Shown here piece by piece: positions 10,709 to 20,899 of a stretch of 64,000 nucleotides of DNA. Numbering within the stretch: position 1 is the first letter of the stretch; the number at the start of each line of letters is the position of its first letter. The position numbers were made by a program, and so were the translations under genes. Under the pieces are notes generated by a model. That model was given only the letters and a program-made list of their open reading frames with translations, was not told the origin of the DNA and did no database searches. The stretch comes from an uncultured virus (IMG/VR IMGVR_UViG_3300029928_000270) (lineage: Duplodnaviria > Heunggongvirae > Uroviricota > Caudoviricetes): the IMG/VR virus record IMGVR_UViG_3300029928_000270, one strand, 5' to 3'.

Positions 10709-10766
10709 GGTTTTAGTGTAGTTATAGCATTCACAGTAAAAATTTTTGAAAGGTGGTATTTCATGT

Positions 10767-12272
10767 ATGGATGCTGAGGTAGTTCTTACACCTGAGGAGC
10801 GTCTGCAGGTTGTCAGCGACACTCTTATGGCGAGTATAATAGGAAAGGACAAGGTGAGTCTGCGTAATCGGCAGATTATGTTCGGTCAAATTGAACCGAG
10901 AATTTTCAGAAATGAAAATTACATATTGTATAGTGTGCTGTACAACTTTAAGGAACAGGGCATTACGCCCGATGCAGACTTTTACAAAATGTATCTGTTG
11001 CGTAATGAGAAGTTAATCTTAAACGCAAGAGATTACATCAATATCAATGCATATTCAGACCTCGGTGAAACCGAAGCGGTTGGGTATGTATCAGGTGTTA
11101 TAAAGGCTTATGAGAGGCTAAAGACTTTAGGGGTATTAGACACTGAGGACTTTAAGTTAAACCTTGAAAAGTTCAAGTTGGAATTCAAGAATACTGAAAT
11201 GGGTATCGTTTACAGTAAGGCAAGAACGGTGTTATATGATGGCTTGCAGGAAGGTAGACGCTACTATCAGGGGTATGATGACAGCATTGCCTATGCTAAG
11301 AAAGCAATGGCAGACATTGACTCTTTGGTCTGTACAACCAGTGGTGATGGTTTCGTAGATGCTTCAGAGTATGGTATGAGAGATAAAGACGAAACTAAGT
11401 CAGAAAAGATTGGTGATTTTGGTGAGTTGAAGGAGTTAAATAACTTGCTTGGTGGCATATATACTGGTATTTTCTACTCGATACTTGCACCTACGAAAGG
11501 TGGTAAATCAAAGTTTACCTCAAGAATGGCGCACAATATTCTTGTTGAGCATGGAAATAACATGGTAGTTTGGGCGCATGAAGGTGGCAAAGACCTTTGG
11601 TTAGCTCAGTTGAGGGCAATCCACTTCGATTATATCTACAACAGAAATGAAACAGATGTGACAAAGATGAAAGTGGGTATCGACCAGAACACCATCTTCA
11701 AGGGTACATATCCGTCTGAAGCAGTTAAGGAGTTAGAGTTAGCAAGTCGAACAGACTTGTTTACAAACCCCAGTTACGGCAAACTCATCTTGATTGACAG
11801 ACCATTTAAGGCTGAAACATTCATTGATGAGATTGAAACCGCCGTGCAGATGTGTAATGCAAAAGCAGTATTAATTGACTACTTGCAGTTAATTGGTTCT
11901 GACAGTCGAAATACTAAGAAGAATGAGTATATAGGTAAAGCCTATCAGGAAGCCCTTGCTTACTGTAAGGCAAGAAACGTAGCCTTTATTTCCCCTGCTC
12001 AGTTCACACAGGATTTTATTAAGGAGTCCTCAAAGCAGACTTCAATGCGTGGTGCTGAAACACGTACAGCAGGTGGTGAGTCAGCTGAAATTGTTCGTAC
12101 ACCCGATATAAACATCGGTTTATATGCAAGTGTAGAGGACTTACAGAACCATAGAATGCAGTTAGTTTCCGTTCCCTCACGATTATGTCCAGTATTCGCT
12201 CCGATAGACATATATTGTGATTTGGGTACTTGCATGTTCAGCAGTTTGGATGCTGAAGAACCGAGTGCTTAA
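10767..12272 (+). CDS. dnaB: DnaB-like replicative helicase
   Basis: Walker A APTKGGKS, HEGG, VLIDYLQLI, SPAQ motifs; lies in the replication cluster. Confidence 0.85.
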   Translation: MDAEVVLTPEERLQVVSDTLMASIIGKDKVSLRNRQIMFGQIEPRIFRNENYILYSVLYNFKEQGITPDADFYKMYLLRNEKLILNARDYININAYSDLGETEAVGYVSGVIKAYERLKTLGVLDTEDFKLNLEKFKLEFKNTEMGIVYSKARTVLYDGLQEGRRYYQGYDDSIAYAKKAMADIDSLVCTTSGDGFVDASEYGMRDKDETKSEKIGDFGELKELNNLLGGIYTGIFYSILAPTKGGKSKFTSRMAHNILVEHGNNMVVWAHEGGKDLWLAQLRAIHFDYIYNRNETDVTKMKVGIDQNTIFKGTYPSEAVKELELASRTDLFTNPSYGKLILIDRPFKAETFIDEIETAVQMCNAKAVLIDYLQLIGSDSRNTKKNEYIGKAYQEALAYCKARNVAFISPAQFTQDFIKESSKQTSMRGAETRTAGGESAEIVRTPDINIGLYASVEDLQNHRMQLVSVPSRLCPVFAPIDIYCDLGTCMFSSLDAEEPSA

Positions 12273-12721
12273 TGGGTGTTATAGACTATGAGAAAAAGGT
12301 GAGTAAAGTCCTAAGCAAGGATGGTTTGTATTCTAACTACTTTGATGGTAAGAATAGAGCGGAGAAACCGTGTGGGTATTGCCACTATGTACAGCATAGA
12401 GGTTTTATATCTCAAGATTTGCTTAAGTCACATGAGTGTATTGAAAAGAATTGTCCACACTTTTCTAAGTATTGTGACTCACCTTTATTTGTGGACAGGC
12501 GATACAAGTCTTTGGAGAAGAAGCTAAAGAAAGATGGCTCTCCCTACAATATAGAAATAGTATGTGGCAGTTGTGGTAGAGTAGCTACATTAGGTAAGGA
12601 GAGTGCAGTAGATTTCGTACATAGACTCAAGGGCGCAGGTTGGTCTGTTGGGTATGAAGATAGTATTTGCAGAGAATGCAAGAAAGCTAAAAAGAATGAA
12701 AGAGAGGAAGAACAATCATGA
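12272..12721 (+). CDS. Cys/His-rich putative zinc-binding protein
   Basis: GYCHYVQHRG...HECIEKNCPHF plus CGSC...CREC. Confidence 0.65.
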   Translation: MGVIDYEKKVSKVLSKDGLYSNYFDGKNRAEKPCGYCHYVQHRGFISQDLLKSHECIEKNCPHFSKYCDSPLFVDRRYKSLEKKLKKDGSPYNIEIVCGSCGRVATLGKESAVDFVHRLKGAGWSVGYEDSICRECKKAKKNEREEEQS

Positions 12722-13170
12722 AGTTGTATTCGTTGGTAAGAGGTTCTGAAGTAATTGGATATCGTGTTATAGTACCTGAGTTGTCAAGAGCGTATGACGT
12801 AAACACAAACCTGTTTAAGTCTTATGCGGAGGGTTCAATATCCTTAGTGAACTTGGACTCCATATTCATGCATGAGGGTTCAGATGGAAGGTGGTATTCT
12901 GATGACGAAGAAAAGCACGGGGAGGGTATTAAGACTTACCTCGAAGGGGTATATGATACCGAGGTAGCCAACTTGGTTGTTCTGTTATCCTCGAAGAAGC
13001 CAATAGTTTTCGGCAAAACCGAAGTAGTGTATAACAATCTTACCTATAAGATTGCTGATGTTGATTGCAGTATTGGTACTGTAATTATTGAGAGAGACGG
13101 TAAGAACTTCGGTACAAGTGATTGTATTCCTCTCATGCAGGCAGTTAGACTGGTAAATACTTCCAAGTAG
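12718..13170 (+). CDS. Hypothetical protein (IGYR motif shared with 14629)
   Basis: ATGA overlap with the upstream gene; weak similarity to 14629. Confidence 0.65.
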   Translation: MKLYSLVRGSEVIGYRVIVPELSRAYDVNTNLFKSYAEGSISLVNLDSIFMHEGSDGRWYSDDEEKHGEGIKTYLEGVYDTEVANLVVLLSSKKPIVFGKTEVVYNNLTYKIADVDCSIGTVIIERDGKNFGTSDCIPLMQAVRLVNTSK

Positions 13171-13192
13171 TCATTATTAGTTGAAGTTAAGG

Positions 13193-13221
13193 TTGACTTT
13201 AATCAAGTTGTATGGTATAAT
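13193..13221 (+). promoter_or_regulatory. Strong sigmaA-type promoter
   Basis: TTGACT-17 bp-TATAAT, same spacer family (..AGTTGTATGG) as 25418 and 41789. Confidence 0.85.
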
Positions 13222-13252
13222 ATATAGTATACTATATGTGGAGGCTTGTTTG

Positions 13253-13495
13253 ATGATACCAGCGGATGTGAAGATTGTATCAGATTTCAACAAATTTGCA
13301 GAACGCAATAACTTGAAGAGTAGACTTAGAATTATAACTGATTTGAATGGCTCAGATTGTTTAGTTGCTGAAGCAGAGGGAGGCTTATCTAATGGAATGG
13401 GTATGTGTGTTTTGGCAAGGGATATTGATACAAACACTCTCATGACAGTGGTAAAAGCTTTGAAAGTTTTATCAGGTGCAATCAATATTCGATAA
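13253..13495 (+). CDS. Hypothetical protein
   Basis: GGAGG RBS downstream of promoter 13193; the track start (13181) lies upstream of that promoter. Confidence 0.6.
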   Translation: MIPADVKIVSDFNKFAERNNLKSRLRIITDLNGSDCLVAEAEGGLSNGMGMCVLARDIDTNTLMTVVKALKVLSGAINIR

Positions 13496-13703
13496 TTTCT
13501 TAAGGTTTTCTTCTTAAAGTAAAGTTCGCTTGGCTTTCTGAATGTAGCCTTGAAAATACTTCAATTTTTGCTTGATATTCAGTGATTTTGCTTAAGTTGT
13601 TGGCTATGAGGATATAAAAATACCTTTTAGGTAATTAGCTTTTTGGTGAAGAAAATCTTGATATATTTACAATAAAAATAAAAAGAAATGGAGTGTAGTT
13701 TTT

Positions 13704-14345
13704 ATGTGTAGTAAAAGGGTTCTGTTTTGTATTGCAGGAAGGTCGGGTGCAGGAAAAGATACCTTAGTACGTGCTGCTGAGAAGGAATTTGGTTTCAAGT
13801 CAGTATGCAGTTTTACCGATAGACCTATAAGAGAAAGTGAAGTAGATGGAAGGGAGCATTACTTTGTATCTAAGGAAGAGATGACTGAAATCTTAGACAC
13901 TCAGCATGTATTGGCAAAAACGGAGATAAATGGTCACAGATATTGTGCAACAGTGGAGTCACTTGAAGATGACGTTAAGTTCTATATCATTGACCCTAAA
14001 GGCATTGAGTACATAAGAAAGAACTCGGATGAACTGGGTATTCTTCCAGTAGTTATCTACATTAAGACGTCTAATGAACAGAGGGGTATACGTGTCAAAA
14101 AGCGTGGAGATGATTATACTACATATAAGGACAGGTTCTTAGCGGAAGATGAGCAGTTTAGCCACTTTGAGAATTTTGCAGATTTCTTAATATATGATTT
14201 CTCAGATACTTCAGACATTTGGGAGTACTTAGAAAACAATAAGAGAAGCACTGCTTTTTCGGTGTTTAATAATTGTGGAGTAGAGTATGCATCTATGTTA
14301 TTTTCAGAGATTGTAAAGGGCGTGTTAGAGCATTACAAGCAGTAA
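13704..14345 (+). CDS. gmk: Guanylate kinase-like protein
   Basis: GRSGAGKDT P-loop, SFTDRPIRESEVDGREHYFVS, IIDPKG. Confidence 0.85.
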   Translation: MCSKRVLFCIAGRSGAGKDTLVRAAEKEFGFKSVCSFTDRPIRESEVDGREHYFVSKEEMTEILDTQHVLAKTEINGHRYCATVESLEDDVKFYIIDPKGIEYIRKNSDELGILPVVIYIKTSNEQRGIRVKKRGDDYTTYKDRFLAEDEQFSHFENFADFLIYDFSDTSDIWEYLENNKRSTAFSVFNNCGVEYASMLFSEIVKGVLEHYKQ

Positions 14346-14359
14346 AGGGGGTATTTATT

Positions 14360-14602
14360 ATGACAAGAGGATATGTGAGATTGATACGTAATGGGATGGA
14401 TGTTACATTCCACGAAACAGTTGAGAGTGCATTAAATGCAATCAAGGAGCATATGTCACATGCAACAGTTGGCAATACTAAGATTGTAGACAGCACAATA
14501 ACGGTACGAAATGACAGGGTAGATTGTGCTACCAGTGCAAGGATAATCATTTACCAGTATGATACCTTGTACATGGAAACATATGTAATCAAGGAAGTTT
14601 AA
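14360..14602 (+). CDS. Hypothetical protein
   Basis: AGGGGG RBS before ATG 14360. Confidence 0.6.
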   Translation: MTRGYVRLIRNGMDVTFHETVESALNAIKEHMSHATVGNTKIVDSTITVRNDRVDCATSARIIIYQYDTLYMETYVIKEV

Positions 14603-14628
14603 GTACGGTCGATTTGGAGGCGAGATAT

Positions 14629-15033
14629 ATGTCTTTTGGTCAGGTGTATACCAAGTGTATAAACTCAAATAACTTGAAGGTGTTAGTCTATCATGAGGGT
14701 AACGTAGACCACCTCATTGGGTATCGAATATATGCATATAATCCTACAGATGATAGCAGTATGCGTAGAGATTTTGCATTGGATGTTGATACCTTACTTA
14801 AGTTTCCTAACGGAGAGGTATATCATCGCTTCTTAAAAGAAGTTACTCCTAAGTTGGAGAGACTTCAGTTAGTTCCCGATGGGAAAGGTGGTTTAACTAC
14901 CAAGGCTGAGTTAGCTTCGGGAAAGCGTGTAAGTGAGATATCGGGTAAAGCGTTGATTTTGCCGTTGGAGTCTATAATAAAGTCTTTTGTATTGTCAGGC
15001 AGATATGATTTGAAGAAGTGCAAAGGCTTCTAA
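14629..15033 (+). CDS. Hypothetical protein (IGYR motif)
   Basis: GGAGG RBS; weak similarity to 12718. Confidence 0.65.
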   Translation: MSFGQVYTKCINSNNLKVLVYHEGNVDHLIGYRIYAYNPTDDSSMRRDFALDVDTLLKFPNGEVYHRFLKEVTPKLERLQLVPDGKGGLTTKAELASGKRVSEISGKALILPLESIIKSFVLSGRYDLKKCKGF

Positions 15034-15048
15034 TGGGAGGGTATTGAG

Positions 15049-17454
15049 ATGAGTTTTTTAATGGTTCGTTCAACTGAGTCTGAAATTTCAATAATGGATT
15101 TGGATGACTTGAGTGTCGATTCAATGCCTAAGTCCATTTTTATTCAGTCCAAGTGTTTTGGTATACCTTGTGAAACAAGATATGCAGGTATGCTTAACAG
15201 ATTTAAGTTATCTGCATTAAGGGCAGGGTTTCTCAATTATGGGTACGAGTCTGTTTTGAAGGAGTTATGCCAAATTGATGGTGTTGAGTATATGGGAATA
15301 AGTAATGAAGTTTCTGTAATGCCTTTAGAGAAACTTACTTCTGTTGCAACAGAGTATACGTCCATGATAAAGGCAGACTTTATGGGTATTACAAGTTCTA
15401 CTAAGTTAGATACCAAAGAGTTCGATGAGATAATGGACTCTTTACGTAATTTCTCAAATGAAGATTTAGATTATTCAGACTATGAAACCTCAGAAGATGA
15501 TGAACTTGACGATGATATATTCAAAGCTGACGATGATGAGTATGACATCTTTTCAGGTGACTCTGAGGAGTTTGAGGATTTGCAGGATTACGATGACTAT
15601 GATTATGATGACGATGACGGTGGTTTGGAGTATGAGTCAGATGATGACGATAAAGACATGTTCAGCGTTGCGCAGTTATATGGCATGCTGAATGAGGGTC
15701 AGGTGAAGCTTCTAAACAGTTACTATAAGTGGTACTCAAAGATGGTATTCCAGGGTGAGAATGGTTCTCTGCACTTGGATACTGTTGAGAGTAGAGCATA
15801 TGATGAATGGAAGAAGCGTGAGTTAGCAAGTATCCGTGGAGATGAAGAATGGTCATATGAGGGTTGTGTAGATACAGGTAAGTTTCCTGGTGGGTATTGT
15901 GAATTTGGACACCCTTTGAGGTATATCCACTATGCAAGGGGTACTGAGAGCGGAAGAGTTGTTTCCTTTGGCAGTAAGTGTGTCGGAGATTTCTTCGAGG
16001 TAGATGCGACTGTAATGAAGGCAATAAGAAAGGCTCAGTCAGACTCAACTTCTGACTTGGTAAATCTTTGTGGTATCTATAAAGATAAAAGTCAGCTTGA
16101 GTCAGCATGGAAGTCTTTTGAGATATTAAACTTTGTAATTGATAAATTTGCGGAGTCAGTGTCAAATAATGCAAGGATTGTCAAGTTTGCCTTAGAGTTT
16201 AAGAAAGCACACTTGTTGTATCCGAAAACAATGGTAAAAATGCTTAAGAAGTATTTCTTAAGGACAGATACATTAAAGAGTATCACCTTGAATAGCAAGG
16301 CAAGAAGTATCATTCTCGATAAGTGCTTTGATAATGGCAAGGTAGTTGACCAGTTCTTAGAAGGAATAAGTTATTCATGGAGAACTTGGGAGTTCAGAAA
16401 CTATGCTTACGTTAACAAGTCTTTTGATTACAGTTTATGTAGCCTGCTTGACTGGGTATTTAACATCAAGTTTGATGGTATCTACCAGTACAATCCAGTG
16501 TTGGGTATGAACGTAAGAGATGAGGGCGGTAAGAGTAAACAGGCAATCAAGTTTTATGAGAACAGAGAGTGCATGGCTATCAGATGTCCATTTTATGATG
16601 AGGCTTCACCGATTGAAGGTTTAATAAAGGGTTTCAATGTGATAGGTTTGATGATACTCACTAAGGAGATTAAAGAGAGTTTTCAGAGTAATTGGAAAAC
16701 ACCTTATCTCAATGCCTATGATGCAAAGTATCATAATCTTGACTCAGTTAAGAAATGTATAACTGTATCTGAGGAACTTCTCTCTAAGATGGGTTCAAGA
16801 ACTCCAATGAGAGTTGAAAGATGGGAAGATAGTCTTGCAACTTTCACTGAGAACTGGTATTGCATGCAGGGATTTAAGGCAGGTTTTTCAGAGATATGTA
16901 AGAATGTAATCATAGACAAGGAACCTGAGGAGTCAGAAGCAGATGACTTAGATGCTTTAAGACGATTGTCTTGGCATGCTGATAGCTTTAGGGACTCTGC
17001 AAGGTTACTTCAGTCTTACATTGATACTCTTGATGATAGTAAGTTGGCTATTACTTTTAGAGCAAGAAATTCTTTCAGACTTGATGTGTGGGATACAGTA
17101 TCAAGAACGGAACGGGTATCTCCAAGACAGGCGGCAGTTTTATCATCTCTTATTGAAGATATAATAGTAACGATAAGAAAGTTAAGAAGTGGTGAAGAGG
17201 AGGAGAAACCTGAGGGTAGTTTATCAAATGAGGACTTAAAAACTGTTGAGAGAGCGTTGGAAATATTAGGTAAGGGAGATTACTTAAATAAGCAGTATTT
17301 CAAGGTCGTAACCAGTGTAATCCCAACAAGTGCTTTAGTTAAGATAAAAGACGTGTTAAAGTCGGTATCTGTTCGAAGATTTGCTTCAGAGAAGCAGATG
17401 TACTATGTTAACTTAGCAAAAGAACTCATTAAGGAAGTAGACAAAGTGGAATAA
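15049..17454 (+). CDS. 801-aa protein with degenerate DTxD N-module, Asp-rich tract, putative Zn motif and C-terminal S-x-[KR]-Q repeats
   Basis: IMDLDDLSVD N-terminus; DDDEYD/DYDDYDYDDDD tract; CEFGH...GSKC; VSPRQ and ASEKQ. Confidence 0.75.
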   Translation: MSFLMVRSTESEISIMDLDDLSVDSMPKSIFIQSKCFGIPCETRYAGMLNRFKLSALRAGFLNYGYESVLKELCQIDGVEYMGISNEVSVMPLEKLTSVATEYTSMIKADFMGITSSTKLDTKEFDEIMDSLRNFSNEDLDYSDYETSEDDELDDDIFKADDDEYDIFSGDSEEFEDLQDYDDYDYDDDDGGLEYESDDDDKDMFSVAQLYGMLNEGQVKLLNSYYKWYSKMVFQGENGSLHLDTVESRAYDEWKKRELASIRGDEEWSYEGCVDTGKFPGGYCEFGHPLRYIHYARGTESGRVVSFGSKCVGDFFEVDATVMKAIRKAQSDSTSDLVNLCGIYKDKSQLESAWKSFEILNFVIDKFAESVSNNARIVKFALEFKKAHLLYPKTMVKMLKKYFLRTDTLKSITLNSKARSIILDKCFDNGKVVDQFLEGISYSWRTWEFRNYAYVNKSFDYSLCSLLDWVFNIKFDGIYQYNPVLGMNVRDEGGKSKQAIKFYENRECMAIRCPFYDEASPIEGLIKGFNVIGLMILTKEIKESFQSNWKTPYLNAYDAKYHNLDSVKKCITVSEELLSKMGSRTPMRVERWEDSLATFTENWYCMQGFKAGFSEICKNVIIDKEPEESEADDLDALRRLSWHADSFRDSARLLQSYIDTLDDSKLAITFRARNSFRLDVWDTVSRTERVSPRQAAVLSSLIEDIIVTIRKLRSGEEEEKPEGSLSNEDLKTVERALEILGKGDYLNKQYFKVVTSVIPTSALVKIKDVLKSVSVRRFASEKQMYYVNLAKELIKEVDKVE

Positions 17455-17541
17455 TGTTATCTTAGTTTCCCTCGGTGTTAGATAGATATAATTTAGCATC
17501 GAGGGGGAAATTTTGCCCACAATAAATTTTAGAAGAGAGGT

Positions 17542-18171
17542 ATGATTATGAAAAAAGATGTTGATAAAGCAGTTATCGAAGCTTCTACTAAGAAAGCTCA
17601 GACTCTGCCCGAGAGCACTCAGTTTGCTTTAGTTACGGCACTTCGTAATATTCCAAACGGAGCGTTTTGGGGATTTACTCATGTAAGAGATGTACAGAAG
17701 TTTGCTGAAGAGTTAAAGAATGACTCCAATATTGCACTTAGAAAGTTGAAAGGTGATGATGTAATTCTTGAGGTAAGCCCGAGTTACATCTGCAGTGCAA
17801 TGGCTTATATCGACCCGTCAGTAGTAACGCAGGAAGACGTTGCAAAGATGAATGAGGGTATTCAGAAAGCTTGTGCAGTTTTTGAGAAGTTCCTCTCAAG
17901 AAAAACCAAGGAAGGCTACAATGGATACATAGGTATCTATTGCATTAATGATGTTTCGTCAATCAACTTTAAGGGTACTACGTTCCCTGCTTTCAGACTT
18001 CCATTAAATCAGATTGTTGCATACCTTGCAAGATATAACTGGAAGATTAACTTAGTTGATGGCAGTAGCGTTTATGCAAACTCTATTGGCAACCGCATTG
18101 GTGATGTTTGGCAGAGTATTGTGATGAGCCCGACTCGCACTGGAGTTTTCTTAAAGGTAAGTAGCAGGTAA
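17542..18171 (+). CDS. Hypothetical protein
   Basis: 209-aa ORF bracketed by hairpins at ~17466-17510 and ~18202-18236. Confidence 0.75.
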   Translation: MIMKKDVDKAVIEASTKKAQTLPESTQFALVTALRNIPNGAFWGFTHVRDVQKFAEELKNDSNIALRKLKGDDVILEVSPSYICSAMAYIDPSVVTQEDVAKMNEGIQKACAVFEKFLSRKTKEGYNGYIGIYCINDVSSINFKGTTFPAFRLPLNQIVAYLARYNWKINLVDGSSVYANSIGNRIGDVWQSIVMSPTRTGVFLKVSSR

Positions 18172-18361
18172 CTACTTGTTGAGTATTTGGACTTGATTGT
18201 GAAACCGCTTGTATACTTTGGTATATGGGCGGTTTTCCTTTGCATATTTAAGTGGGTATTGCTTGTGAGTTTAGTAAATTTGCAGGGTTAATATTTTTCG
18301 AACTTACTGCCAGTCTTTCTTTACATGATTTTGTATTTATGCTACACTTACCATAATATTT

Positions 18362-18946
18362 GTGTGGGGATGGTCTTATTTGATTTCAAGGAGATTGAGT
18401 TCATGTAGCTTAAGTTACAGTTATAATTTAGTAAAAGAGTTAACTGGTGTTTATGTTAAATATTGTATAGATGGCAAAGAGTGCAGAGTACAAACTGGGT
18501 ATTTTATAAAGGGTTTAGTAGCAGGCACACCAAAAGCTACAAAGGTAGCTTTATGCTTGTATGATAAGTTATTTATAAGGTTCAGGCTGAGTGTAAAGCA
18601 ATCGGAGGGTATTGATACAGAGGATTGTGATATTCTTTTTACTTATGGAATACTTATTTTAGACATTAGAGATTGTGTTTGTGACTCAGCAGGTTTAGAG
18701 TTGGAAAGTGTATGTGATATAGAAAGGAAGGAAGATTACCTTGGAAGACGGTTTCTTTGCAGTAAAAGAAATAGCCAATGGGTATGTTTAGATAGAAAGT
18801 ACAATAGTATATTGAAATTAAGCATTGAGAACATGCAGTTTATGCAGGAGCAATATGGTAACAGCTTTGAAGATTTGATATCTAAGGTTGAGTATGAAAA
18901 CTTAGATGCCGAACTATCAAGATTGAACTTGAAATCTGAATTTTAA
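18362..18946 (+). CDS. Hypothetical protein (start uncertain)
   Basis: 194-aa ORF on the coding strand. Confidence 0.55.
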   Translation: MWGWSYLISRRLSSCSLSYSYNLVKELTGVYVKYCIDGKECRVQTGYFIKGLVAGTPKATKVALCLYDKLFIRFRLSVKQSEGIDTEDCDILFTYGILILDIRDCVCDSAGLELESVCDIERKEDYLGRRFLCSKRNSQWVCLDRKYNSILKLSIENMQFMQEQYGNSFEDLISKVEYENLDAELSRLNLKSEF

Positions 18947-19112
18947 GTAGTTGTTATTGAAAGTGGGAAATATTGGCATAAATAGTATGTTCTTTAGTTT
19001 TTGTGTATTTTTGCGAGATTATGACAGTTTGTGTCAATTCTTGTGAGGGTGTCTTTACTTTTCTCTATATTTATGGTATAATATGTATAGAAAAGTAGGT
19101 AGGTGACTTTGT

Positions 19113-19718
19113 ATGAAAAGACGTAGTTTGGAAGAATTTGTTTTGACTTATGCAGTGAAAGATGCAAATGGTGAGGAAAGAATTGTGGTAACTATTGAGG
19201 ATTACTACAAGAGATTTATTCAGCCATTGGATGTTCGCTTTTCACGGTATGATTTTTATAATTCCTATAAAGGTAAAGTTTTATGTTGCTTTAAGAACCA
19301 TGCTGATAAAAATCCCTCAATGGGTATTATACCTCATAAGCATCTTAAGGGTGTTAAGGTATATCACTGTTTGGGTTGCAATGCAACAGGTGATGTAATA
19401 AGATTGCATCAGCGTATTCAGAAGGAATACTTTGGAAGGTCTTTAACTTCACGTGAGAGTGCTTTGGAGTTATGTAAGTTATATAATATTGATGCTTCTG
19501 AGTATGACAAAGCGGAAACAGACCAAGAGGGGTATTATGAGCGTTATGCCAGTATTGGAAGTTTAATGGAAGAGTATACTATAAGCGATTATAGTTCCGA
19601 TTTACTTGATGCAAGGAGGCGTTTTGCAGTAATGGGAGATGCTTTCAGATTGGCAAAGGAGATTGACTCCGCCAACGTTAAGATGATAGCTACGACAAAT
19701 AAGTGGATGCAAAATTAA
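19113..19718 (+). CDS. Stand-alone CHC2 zinc-finger (primase Zn-binding domain) protein
   Basis: LCCFKNHADKNPSM...YHCLGCNATGDVI...ESALELCKLYNI; no TOPRIM domain follows. Confidence 0.8.
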   Translation: MKRRSLEEFVLTYAVKDANGEERIVVTIEDYYKRFIQPLDVRFSRYDFYNSYKGKVLCCFKNHADKNPSMGIIPHKHLKGVKVYHCLGCNATGDVIRLHQRIQKEYFGRSLTSRESALELCKLYNIDASEYDKAETDQEGYYERYASIGSLMEEYTISDYSSDLLDARRRFAVMGDAFRLAKEIDSANVKMIATTNKWMQN

Positions 19719-19736
19719 GGAAGGGAGGGTTTTCTC

Positions 19737-20309
19737 GTGTTCATGTTACTGGATTACAACTTAGATAATAAAATGGCTGTAATGGACACCAATGATGGTG
19801 TAGTCGAGGTACTACCCTCAGAGTATGTGAAGGGTATTATAGATAGTAGACCCGATATTTACATTGCAGGCATTGATAAAAGTACGTCAGGTGGAAAGTA
19901 TTCAGTAAAAAGAATGCCTTTACCCTTTACATTATACAGTGGAAAGATGCCAGTTAAGGTCATTTCAAAGCTAAGTATAACCAAGCGTGACGATAAGGTC
20001 GCATGTCACATCTCATACCGTGATTATTTAGGTGAGAATTGTGTAGATGCTAAAAGAACTGTTGAAGTGGATTTATTATCCTCTCAGTCTGTACGTGATT
20101 TAGCAACTGTTAAGTTCCTATTGGCTCAAGATACCAGAATTTGTTATGAGAATGATGATTGGAATTATCAGATGATTGGAAAGCGTGCAAGGTATAAGTT
20201 TGGCGATGAGTTCCCTTATTTTGAGGAGGTGTTCCCCGACTTAAGGCTTGGAGACCTTGTTTGGATATTACTTGGAGAGGGTTATGTATCTATGGACGTA
20301 AACAAGTAA
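19737..20309 (+). CDS. DTxD-module family protein
   Basis: N-terminus MAVMDTNDGVVEVL...IYIAGI; paralogue of 20333. Confidence 0.75.
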   Translation: MFMLLDYNLDNKMAVMDTNDGVVEVLPSEYVKGIIDSRPDIYIAGIDKSTSGGKYSVKRMPLPFTLYSGKMPVKVISKLSITKRDDKVACHISYRDYLGENCVDAKRTVEVDLLSSQSVRDLATVKFLLAQDTRICYENDDWNYQMIGKRARYKFGDEFPYFEEVFPDLRLGDLVWILLGEGYVSMDVNK

Positions 20310-20332
20310 TTGAGAAGTGGGGGTATTAAGTT

Positions 20333-20899
20333 ATGTTTGTATTGTTATATGAAGATAAGCGCTTAAACAGAATGGCAGTATTAGATACTTCAGATGGAGT
20401 AGTAGAAACCATGGACACTATGAAGGTGTTGGGTATTATGACTGAGAGGGATATTCCTATAAGTGGAATTTTAAAAGTAGGTGCATATTGCTGTACCGAG
20501 GAACAACCTTACCCAGTAAAGGAAAGGAAAGCTATACCAAGTAGTTGCTTTCTGATAGATACAGTGAGTATAACTAAAAGGGAGTATGATAGAACAATAT
20601 TAGTCAAGGGGTATCAGGTGAAAGATTGGATTTTGGACAGGACGCCGAAGTCTATTGTCATTAAGGATGATACAAATTTGTCCAAGTTCTTCTTCACTCC
20701 GAGTGTGTATGTTCATCTGAATGACCTATATTCCAGTGAGAGTTACACTTGGACAATGATAAATGGGAAATGTATGGTGTTTAAGGGTGCAAATTACATT
20801 CCCTATAACGCTAATATGGGTACAGAAGTATCGGAGGAAATGTTAGGCGATTTCATATGTAAGTTCCTTGCAAAGGGGTATGTAGGAGAGGTATTTTAG
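20333..20899 (+). CDS. DTxD-module family protein
   Basis: MAVLDTSDGVVETM...IPISGI; shares SITKR and LGD...GY with 19737. Confidence 0.75.
   Translation: MFVLLYEDKRLNRMAVLDTSDGVVETMDTMKVLGIMTERDIPISGILKVGAYCCTEEQPYPVKERKAIPSSCFLIDTVSITKREYDRTILVKGYQVKDWILDRTPKSIVIKDDTNLSKFFFTPSVYVHLNDLYSSESYTWTMINGKCMVFKGANYIPYNANMGTEVSEEMLGDFICKFLAKGYVGEVF

Noticed and set aside
15480..15660. GAT/GAC-rich DNA repeat
   Set aside because: Explained by the Asp-rich protein tract in 15049.
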